This document shows, one piece after another, positions 54,226 to 64,000 of a stretch of DNA of 64,000 nt; position 1 is the stretch's first letter, and each line of letters begins with the position of its first letter. Below the pieces are notes generated by a model that saw only the letters and a list, made by a program, of their open reading frames with translations, was not told the DNA's origin and made no database searches. The stretch comes from Octopus vulgaris (lineage: Eukaryota): contig OX597828.1 in NCBI GenBank assembly GCA_951406725.2, forward strand, positions 65,100,001 through 65,164,000, given 5' to 3'. Made by a program: the position numbers and the translations under genes.

Positions 54226-54689
54226 AACAGCAACAGCAGTAACAGCAACTGTTTCCACCACACTTATATCATCAGTAATATTGTGAAGGACCTATCACAC
54301 CTCCGCCACTATCTCTGACCGAATGCCCACTTCACTTAACACTTCCTCACTACCGTGCTTTGTCCCAGTTCATGTCTGGCCTGTATGGAGCGTCTACTCT
54401 TCTGTCTATTGCGGAAAGGATGTCTGTGACTGGTTAGGTGATCGATTTGCTACCGAGAACCTCTGAATGAAGGATTAGGCATTCTGAGGCTGACGGTGCG
54501 CAGGCATGCTTTGAGACTGGAACATCTCCATCGATTCTCTGGTGGTGAATAAGTGGGGCCACCGTTTGTCAGATGCGTTTTTTCCCCAGCTTGTTTTGTT
54601 ATATCTGAATTTCTGGTTCAAGTAAAGACCGACACAAGGCACTGGGCATCTGAAATGATGCCAAGTGCTCACAGGACTCTACCTGTCTG

Positions 54690-54903
54690 TACTACCCACA
54701 AGTGGCTAAACGTAGAGAGGACAAACAAGGACAGGCAAACAGATCAAGTCGATTATATCGACCCCAGTGCGTAACTGGTACTTAATTTATCGACCACGAA
54801 AGGATGAAAAGCAAAGTCGACCTCGGCGGAATTTGAACTCAGAACGTAACGGCAGACAAAATACCGCTAGGCATTTCGACCGGCGTGCTAACGATTCTAC
54901 CAG
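54690..54903 (-). mobile_element. SINE group A (tail type 1)
   Basis: Consensus match. Confidence 0.88.
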
Positions 54904-54929
54904 TGGTACAATGCTGCAGAAGGGAGTTG

Positions 54930-55480
54930 TACAACATCGCTTTTACCCATCACTGATTCTCTTAGTGGTGGGCAAAAAGTTTCCAACAGCATCCTATTCA
55001 ACAAATTTACAAGCACCTTATATGTCACTGCCAAATATATTGACCAGAAGTTTGGAACCGTATCCTATCTTAATGTCTTTCAGTTATTTGCATGTCTGTT
55101 GTACTTTTATCTATTTATTCATTTTTTTATCCTTTTTCTTTTTAGAAATATCTGAACAACTTCAAGAATTGTTACCTCGCATAATGTTCAGATACTGTGT
55201 ACATTGTTTTAAACAATTGTGTGTCTAGTGATTCCTTCTACACCAATATCCCCCTCCCCAGAATTCTTCTACTTCTTTGCATTTTTTTTTTCTTTTGTCA
55301 GGTTCTAGATAAAATCATTTCATGTTGGAGTTGAAATATTTTGTTTTGTTCAAAGAATCTCTGCCACTTTTGTTATCGATGGATATTTTATGATTTACTT
55401 GCTTCGGGCAATTTTTGATTTTGGATACTTCTGTTTCCATTCTATAATTCTCCAGTCTTTGTCGCTTCTGTTTTGTTTTT
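54930..55480 (-). mobile_element. R4/Dong-like non-LTR retrotransposon fragment (pre-RT region)
   Basis: FFEQNKIFQ...EVEEFW...N*KTLR*DTVPNFW...LVNLLNRML matches the QNR.FQ / FW..IW / NWKAPG.D...NFW pattern. Confidence 0.6.
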
Positions 55481-55748
55481 GTTTTTCTTTTTTTTTCATT
55501 CGTGTCGTTTCGTTATTTCCGTAATTATTAGCGGATCTTTTATTTCATTTTCTCTATCTTTTTCTTCTTCTTTCTTTTCCATTCTGTTTGTTTGGCTTTA
55601 ATATATCTGTAGATCAGATGGAGTATCCATGTACCAATGTAACTACAGTGTTACAAAGGAAAACGGATATTCACTAAGTTCGAAAACTAACAGTGACAAC
55701 AAAAACAACGACAACAAGAACAGCAGTAGCGACAACAGCAGCAGGAGT

Positions 55749-56326
55749 GGAGGCGCCATGGCCCGGTGGTTAGGGCAGCGGACTCGCGGTCGTAACAACG
55801 CAGTTTCGATTCGCAGACCGGGCATTGTGAGTGTTTATTGAGCGAAATACCTAAGTTCCACGAGGCTCCGGGTGGGAGGGTGAAACCCGCTATACTCTTT
55901 CACCTCAACTTTCTCTCACTCTTTCTTCCTACTTCTGCCACAAAGCAGAGGAACCATGGTGTAACCCACTATGGTGTGGTAAACTTTCAGACCCAAGTCT
56001 ATATTGTGAACCCTCTGTACCGCAGGATGGTTCAGCTCTCCACCCGTTAAAAGCCACCGTTTACGGAATGAGGATAACAACGTAGCTTTCGCGCCCGTGC
56101 AACCGCCAGTCTATCACGTGTGGTGGGTGGATCTTCAAGTTGCCGGGCGCCTTCTTGGTAGCTTAGAGTAGGCTCGAATTAGAGATTATTCTTTGTGGCT
56201 AATGGCATGAGTCGCGATTGGAAGAAGAAGAAGAAGAAGAAGAAGAAGAAGAAGAAGAAGAAGAAGAAGAAGAAGAAGAAGAAGAAGAAGAAGAAGAAGA
56301 AGAAGAAGAAGAAGAAGAAGAAGAAG
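55749..56326 (+). mobile_element. SINE group C with long unique body and (GAA)n tail
   Basis: Group-C head 55749-55930; unrelated ~290-bp module; (GAA)~35 at 56221-56326. Confidence 0.8.
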
Positions 56327-57832
56327 ACAGCAGTAGCGGCTAAAAGCAAGGAAGAAGCCAAATAGCAACACATCACCGCCACCGCCGTCACTATAGTTTT
56401 ACTATCAAAATGACGAGCCATTTCCTACATCAGATTAATTCGAAATTTTAAATAAATTATGTATATTTGTGTAAGAGTGCATTATCGCTAACAGATATAA
56501 ACGATTTTCTTGGCCATCACGATATAAATTTAATATAGATTGCTGCTGAAATAATCTTCGATAAGCCTGGAGTTTGCAAAAGATATGAAGTTCTAAAAAG
56601 ATCATTCGAACAATCAAATGAATAATCTATGTTGATCGTTTTTTGGTCTCCCAACTCCAGAATTGTTCGTGGACATTTTTTCTTTTTTCTTTTTTTTTTT
56701 TTTTTTTTTGAAGGAGACAGTTGGCTACAAGAAAGGAAAAATTATTGCTGAGGAAATTAAACAGAATTGATTGAATGACTTGATCGAGGTGAAAACATTT
56801 ACCCGTGTTTCGGTGGTTAATAATTTTTTTGTTTTTTATTAGTTAAATTGTAACTCATTTAAATTATTGCATATTTTATATAAACTTATATATAAATTCC
56901 ATGCTTTGACTTATATCAATTTTTTTATCGATATATTGTATCACGTTACCTTTCATAATTTTCGGGTCGATAAAATAAGTACTATTTGAACTCAGCGGTC
57001 AATGTAATCAACTTATTTCCTCCATACACACACACACACACACACACACACGACATTGGTGGCCTTGTACAAAATCTTGAAACCATTGTTATTATAAACA
57101 TGGTATCGCTACATTACAAGAAATAGTTTTTAAAAAAACAGTAACACGTATTTACTGCCTTCTCTTTGTTTACAGTTCATATTGCTCCTATACAAATACA
57201 AATTAGCATTTAGCGCTGTGAAAAATAAACCAGACAAGTGTTGGTGAAATTATTGAAGAACTGTATTGTCGGTTATACAACAAAATCGTGACGTATTAGC
57301 AAGAAAGCAAAAAATAGGAGACGATAAAGAATCAATATTTTGTCCAGTTCTTTGTGACTAGTTTCTCTTCAAATATCATCTTTGATCATTAGATGCAAAG
57401 TGTGTAATTGTTTAAAAGAAGAAAAAAAACTTGATAATGTTACAACGGAGAATTTCAATTGAATCTGCGTAGTTATTGTTTAAGCCAAGGTTAAGCACGA
57501 TCTAACAGACACGTTCGTGGCCAAAGCCTTTCCGAACGTGAACGTGGTGTCGAGAACGCAGTGTATTCGTTATCATTTAAGACAATATGATCAAATTTTA
57601 GGGATATCTTGTCTACTATTTCTAGAAGTCAAAGCGACTCGGTAGAAGCTTTGTAAAACGATGGAGATATTATTAATATAAGCAGACTGCAGGTGTTCGA
57701 ATTCCACACAAGCTGTATTATGATTCCCTCCCACATGGGACCAATGTGGAATTAGAACGAAGAACTGTCCGGGGTTTTTTTTTGTACAAAAAAACTTTTA
57801 CCCAGTGTACAAAAGGATGTGCTCAACACACC

Positions 57833-57883
<51 letters not shown>

Positions 57884-57899
57884 GGTGATGGTGGTGGGG

Positions 57900-57940
<41 letters not shown>

Positions 57941-57964
57941 TTTTATTGTTGTTACTGTTTGTTT

Positions 57965-58336
57965 GTTTGTTGAGCGAACGGTCTTCGTCCCAGTTGTGGG
58001 AGAAGTCCGAAACGTGGTCCTTTGCTATTCATAAGACCCGCAGAAGAGAAAGCAGGTCAACCCCCGACACCGAGAGCATCGACGGATGGATGAATGCGCA
58101 TCCAGGCTCAGCGGTTGCGTAGGAAGTCGGGGACAAGAAACAAGAAGAAAGGGTGAGAGAAAGTTGGAGCGAAAGAGTACAACAGGGGGTCGCCACCACC
58201 CACCCCTTGCCGGAGCCTCGTGGAGCTTTTAGGTGTTTTCGCTCAATAAATACACACAACGCCCGGTTTGGGAATCGAAACCGCGATCCTCCAACCGCGA
58301 GTCCGCTGCCGTAACCACTGAGCCATTGTGCCTCCA
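57965..58336 (-). mobile_element. SINE group C
   Basis: Near-identical inverted counterpart of 53879-54225. Confidence 0.9.
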
Positions 58337-59465
58337 TTGTTGTTGCTGTTGTTGTTGTTGTGGAAGGAGGACGAGGAGGAGGAACAAAAATTGACTAAGA
58401 ATGACAATTGGAGAGCCTATTAAGTTCATAGAAGTATAAATGAAGTCAGGTGAACAAGTTTGATTTGCGAGCGATTTGGCTATTAATTCATGGAGATCGA
58501 GCCAAACTGTTGAGGCTCCTTCGTTCGCAGCAAGCTTTCGTTCTGTTCGACGGTTCTGAATAAACAACCACATTATCAAATGCACTCCGTCTGTAAACAC
58601 CTCGTCTTTAAGCATTCTTAATGCATTTAGGATCACATTATTGAATGCTTCTTTCATTTTTTAAGACAATGGGGGTTTTATTTGATGGAGATTTGCCTGC
58701 TATTTCTAGCATTGCTGACTCCTTCGCTGGCTTAAACAAATAATCATAGCGTATCCATAAACAGTCGTTGATAAACAATACAAAAGCTGCCATTGAATGG
58801 TGAGGTCAAAATACTCTAGAATATGACGGAGCAAATGAATATTTATATATAAAAGCAAACATCGAGAGATTGTTTAATACAGAATTAAGAAATAATTCTC
58901 TTTATTGACATAATAATTGTTTCTGGCAAACGCAATGCTTAGACAGCGTTTGAAGTCTCTGATATCAAATTATTATGATTTAGTGTTAAACTGTATGAAG
59001 TCTGGAATGCATGTAGAAAGATTCGCTTCTTATGAATCAAGATTTAGTAGTTCCTACAGAAAGGAGTGCTGTAGTAATTATATAGCTATCTACTCAAACA
59101 AATACCATTACTAAATACAACACACATTTTTTTAAACAAAAAGAGAGGGTGCTCTTCTTGAATTAGATATGTACAACGCGAGTATGCACAAATGGGATAA
59201 TGCAATTATTTGGACATGTGAAGTTGAGGCATATTTTGTTGGAGGCAAGTGAATTTATATGGAAAACAGGATGATCATCCCTCCCCTTCATACTTAAGTA
59301 TTGGAAGGGCGAAGGTCAAAATAGCGTATGATTACGTTTGAAGTCAGAACATTGCAAGATGTTTGGTCCTCAGCTCTACTGGCCTGTTGCTGCTACTACT
59401 TCTACAACTATAATTACTGCTACTACTACTATTACTCCGTTGATCACAACGACGAGGGTTCCAGT

Positions 59466-59467
59466 AA

Positions 59468-59535
<68 letters not shown>

Positions 59536-59608
59536 TTCAGGTCACCCGTCTGGAATCGAACTTGGAATCTTGGGGTTAGTAACCAGCGCTCTTAACCACT
59601 ACGCCATA
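59466..59608 (-). mobile_element. Short tRNA-derived SINE/tRNA pseudogene with (ACT)n tail
   Basis: Minus strand tggcgtagtggttaagagcgc...gttcgattcc...gtgacctgaat followed by (act)n; no intact acceptor stem. Confidence 0.65.
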
Positions 59609-59644
59609 AGAGAAAGATAAACTAACGAGTATACAAAATGAAGA

Positions 59645-59860
59645 TGCGTTAAGGATAGACTGTGTAGCAGCATACATTTGCCGTGCCAGCCATGACATAT
59701 GGCATCGAAGTATGAGGTTGAAATGCAACAGACCTAGTTTCTGTTGACCGTAATATGAGATATCTAGTTATACAGTGCAGCATATTATACAAAAAGTCCT
59801 GTATCTTCCGACTGAACATTTCTATGGGGAAGAGTGGTAAGGATTATTGAATGTCAAGGG
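59645..59860 (+). mobile_element. Old RTE-like ORF C-terminal fragment
   Basis: VPAMTYGIEV*G*NATDLVSVDRNMRY resembles the PAMLYGSETW motif. Confidence 0.4.
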
Positions 59861-60689
59861 TCAGTTTTAGAAAGTAGTCATTAGTATGGCTCACTACCTT
59901 TCGAATTCACAATTAAAGCTTTTATACTAATTAGTTCACATGTTCAAGTAATTGAATTATCTATTTTGTGAAAAATCGTGTCGTATATGTTTAGTTTGAG
60001 AAGTGGACGCCCTCTGTCTACGTAAAAATAAAATCGTACAAAGCGTAATAAGTCAATTATCACCGTAGCAACAAAATTCTTGCAGGAAATTAGATTAGAT
60101 TTCAAATACCTAAAGTCTAAGCCTACATCAGCAACGAAGCCGATAGCGCTTTCTTTGGCTCATAAGCAAATCCTGGTAAATAAACTTAAAATCATCCTTT
60201 AAACGACCAAGACTTCCACGAATTATGTCTATCTTATAAGAATAAAAATAATAATTGTATTAGATGGGCAAATCCAATTCCAATGGGATTGTAGAAGTAA
60301 CATACAGGTGCGAACCAAAGCTACAAGATATATTGCTCGGAATATTCATGATAACGACAATATAACTGATAAACGTCATGTGTATTTGTCCTTTTTAGGG
60401 TGTGACAAAGATGCGAAGACACAGTAGCATACAAGAATTCTCGGTCATCTGATTTCAATTCCTTCAAAAAGCCTGTGGTCCTAAAAAAAGGATAATGAAA
60501 ACACAAACTATAGAATTTTAGCAGAGAGACTTTTCTTGGTAGTCTCTCGAGTCCGAGAAACACAACTCCGTAATTTCTCACTGAACAACCTACACACATG
60601 ATTTTCTTATAGCGTTCACATTTTAATGCTATACATGAACTCCCTCCATCAAATCGACATTGCCTGCATGGTACAAGGCGAGCCACACA

Positions 60690-60830
60690 TCGGATGTCGA
60701 AATTATCGCAGAGCAACGTGAAATGAAGTGATTTGCTCAATAACAAAACGCCCCACCCTCACTGGGGATAGAAACCACAATTTCGCGAACGTGAGTGCAA
60801 CACCCTAAATACTAGGGCACGCGTCATCAC
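60690..60830 (-). mobile_element. Old CORE-like SINE head
   Basis: tRNA-like head followed by ttgagcaaatcacttcatttcacgttgctc. Confidence 0.5.
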
Positions 60831-60904
60831 TATATAGACAGACCACAAAATATTGCATATAAACCAATGTAACAATGACAATATTGTACTAATAAACGAA
60901 ATAT

Positions 60905-61114
60905 GTTTCTTTATTGCCCACAAGGGGCTAAACATAGAGGGGACAAACAAGGACAAAGGGATTAAGTCGATTACATCGACCCCAGTGCGTAACTGGTACT
61001 TTATTTATCGACCCCGAAAGGATGAAAGGCAATTTGAACTCAGAACGTAACGACAGACGAAATACCGCTAAGCATTCCGCTCGGCGCGCTAACGTGTCTG
61101 CCAGCTCGCCGCCT
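60905..61114 (-). mobile_element. SINE group A (tail type 1)
   Basis: TSD ttgtactaataaa.ga.ata at 60884-60903 and 61115-61134. Confidence 0.9.
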
Positions 61115-61389
61115 TTGTACTAATAAATGATATAGTAAAACCTAACGACTACTTATGTAGCTCAGACGATCACTATAAACGACGAAGTTTTATGAACCAA
61201 GCTGTTGAAGTAAAAACTTATACTATCCCAATTAAGATTGATACTACAGACTGAGACACAACCGCTACAGATTACAGTAAATATTATTAGAGCATCCTCA
61301 AAGCATTTACATTGAACTATTTCATGACTTTTTCTGGGGTATATTCAATGCGTTTTGAGGAATGAAAACCCTTTCTATATTTCTCAAAC

Positions 61390-61595
61390 CAAGAATCTGG
61401 CACCATACAATAACTGACACCTGTTGCTTAGAAAGCTAACAAGATTTTCACATTCGATCTGGAAGAAGCAGGGACATTTCTTGCTGGCTGTTTTGTCTCA
61501 ACAAAGAAAACTCAGTAAAACTTGACCAGTCTCGAGAGATCTCTCTGCTAGATATCGAAAGAAAGACCTTGTTTTCATTATTGTCAAAATATATC
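61390..61595 (+). mobile_element. HERO/R2-group RT N-terminal fragment
   Basis: IWKKQ...AGCFV...KENSVKLDQSREISLLDIERKTLFSLLSK (61503-61589) matches the RT domain 1 pattern QFR.ISLL.VE.K.FFS. Confidence 0.65.
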
Positions 61596-62249
61596 TACCA
61601 TATCAACCGGCCAATGTGTGAATTGATACGGAAATCGATGACAATAAACGAAGCAATAAACTTTAAGAGTAATATTCGTAGACCTTATATACACAGAAAA
61701 AAAATAAGTGGACGAAAAATATCGATCTGTTGTAAGTAATGTGAAAGAACAGAAAACAATCAGAGATGAATTGTTGCTGGTTGGAGTAAAAGCGCTTGAC
61801 CGGATGGATGTAGGATGCATATTGAGGTGGAGAAGTATAATCATAAGGATCAGAATGGAAGAAAAGGAGACATGGTGAAGCGAAAGAGCTGTGGAAAACA
61901 GCGGAAAAATTGTGTAGTTTTCTGTAGCAATATGGACGACGGTGTGGCTAAAGAGACGTGGTAGTGAATGTAAATGTCAGATCCTAAAAGTTTGGAAAGG
62001 AATCCTTAATTTGTTCGTTATAAAGAAGAAAAAAACAGAACGAATTAATCTGAAATGTCACGTTGATAATATTGAATTACTCTTACGTTGGAAATGATAA
62101 AGCATTAGACACATAATGAACGAATGCGGTAAAACTGCGCAAATATAATAAACGATAGGAGCATTGTTTGAGCCAACCTTAAACTGTTTTCAGAAACTGA
62201 TTGATATGCTTTCACTTCAATCTATTCGTGTTTTGTGAGAAAGATATAT

Positions 62250-62930
62250 GTTAATGGCAATATGTAGCACACGGCCTTCCTTAAGATATAGATTTCAAGT
62301 GACTTAAAGCTAAAACAGCTTTGTTGGGCAATGTTTCTTTGTCGATTAATTAAAGGGAAATTAAGTCGGAGAAACGGCATTGCAAATATTGTTCATTAGA
62401 ACACTCTGTACAATGCCGCTTCTCCATCTTGTATTGCAAACATTGTTCAGAGGAAACCACGTAAAACTTAAAATTTGGATAGAATTTATAAGAGCATTAG
62501 TCTAATGGGATCGAAGAAAATTAGGATGTTAAGTTGTTATAACATTTCAACATTCATTGTGATCAAGTGATCAAGTCAAAAAGACCAGTGGTTATTATCG
62601 TCAAAACAGAGGAAAGCTATTACACAACAATTGATATAGCATCCCTGGATAACAAATTGCATGAAAGAACAAGAAATATATCAAAAGCTGGGAAAAGAAT
62701 TATCAATGTGTGTGCATGAAAAGGTGGTGGGAGTACCCAAATAATTTTACGTTGAGTTTTCAAAGTTTATAATCATCATCTACATCAAAAATGAGTGGAA
62801 TCTAATGTTAATCAGTTTGAAAACGGAGCATTTAATAATTTTCAAAGACACAAAAATATGTTGAAAGGACTCGGGACTTTACGTCAGTCTTGAGAACCTG
62901 GAAAATAAAATCTGCCCCAGCTCTGTAGGT
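62250..62930 (+). mobile_element. R4/Dong-like C-terminal restriction-like endonuclease fragment
   Basis: DVKLL*HFNIHCDQVI..KSKRPVVIIVK...TIDIA...IYQKLGKEL...VVGVP matches the WDF.I.TD..I.ARRPD...IDIA...KY..L..EL pattern. Confidence 0.65.
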
Positions 62931-64000
62931 TCTTAACTCAGCTTATTGAAGAATGATGTTAACAGTTAACTACCTAATGAACATTATAATCACTTGAGTT
63001 GGCACTAGTATATCAGTGGAATATATTTTATTAATAAGGAAATAATGAAATTCCCCTATGGGAAAATATTACACAACGAAGCTGACTTAGGTTTAAAATA
63101 ATTAAAAATTCCAATGTACTATAGTACGTCATGTGCTAGATATAACAGCTTACATATCATGTCCTTCCAAAACAAAACAATAATAATGTATAAATACTGA
63201 AAAATGAAGGCATAGATGTCTAGAGGTTGAAACAATGCTCCTTTCGCTCTAGGGGTTACTGAAATTTGCATCAAGTCAATAAAATCTAAAATCTCAAATT
63301 AAGTAATATTTAACCACATTTACATCCGATTTCTTAAACCAAGTATATTCCATCGATAATTTTGACTTCTCTGGTACCATGTATTGGAAATGATTTTTCA
63401 AAGTCGATCAAACTATGAAATACTTTAAAATAGAGACCACGTAATTACGTCCGGAATTACAGCGTCGAATTCCCACCACAGGGAATATATTATAAGTGCT
63501 TGGTGCCTACTGAGCAATTAAATTCATATAAGAATGCATTAAAATAATTACTTGTTACCTTTTCAATTTCGTCAGTAAGAAATAGGCCCAGAATATCAAT
63601 TTAACGTAATATTAGGCAATTATTTATTCACCTCAAAAGTTACTATGGGGAACTATAGCTCTATGTGGTGACGGTGATTATTTATAAGTTACGCCGTTGT
63701 GAGTCACGTACCTAAGTTCAGGACCATAATACAATTATATTAGGGAGATTTAACGACCACTTTCTTAAGAGATATATCATCATTATATTGATCCGTTATT
63801 CTGCAACAACTAAACGTTTAAAGTAGTAAAATTAATTACCTTCAGAACCACATATGCTATATATTTCCCTGATTAAGTGTAGTTAATTGTTCTGCCACAT
63901 ATTTTATATTTAGCCCATCCGTAAGGATTAAGCAAACGCTTAAATAGTTTTCTTCTAAAAAGATATCTAAATCAATGTAAATTAAGATTTTGTATTTTTC

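Noticed and set aside
57160-57460. Strong splice-acceptor-like ttctctttgtttacag followed by complex sequence
   Set aside because: All three frames hit stops quickly and no matching donor or recognisable peptide was found.

Overview
AT-rich, microsatellite-dense eukaryotic non-coding DNA. The SINE repertoire and (TA)n/(CA)n/(GATA)n/(AGT)n load are consistent with an Octopus (coleoid cephalopod) genome; this assignment is from recollection of the repeat families, not a database search. I found no intact host protein-coding exon, rRNA, true tRNA or CRISPR array, and nearly all listed ORFs are microsatellite or SINE artefacts. The window contains: (i) three tRNA-derived SINE groups (here A, B, C; >25 copies) with swappable 3' modules, two of which share their tails with LINE ends present in the same window; (ii) LINE relics (CR1-type ORF2 C-terminus, RTE endonuclease and 3' end, L1/Tx1-type ORF1, R4/Dong- and HERO-like pieces); (iii) mariner, pogo, piggyBac, Helitron-like and MITE remnants; (iv) a ~1.07 kb tandem duplication. 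The most striking signal is a set of unrelated 240-330 bp fold-back elements, mostly embedded in (TA)n, whose symmetry axis lies on or near minimal type-I hammerhead-ribozyme motifs with palindromic helix III. Three of them carry the compensatory U3-A8 core. There is also a GC-rich ~277-nt rod-like hairpin (22304-22580). Several kb-scale stop-poor unidentified coding relics occur; one (about 39960-41210) has motifs reminiscent of bunyavirus-like L polymerase and may be an endogenous viral element.
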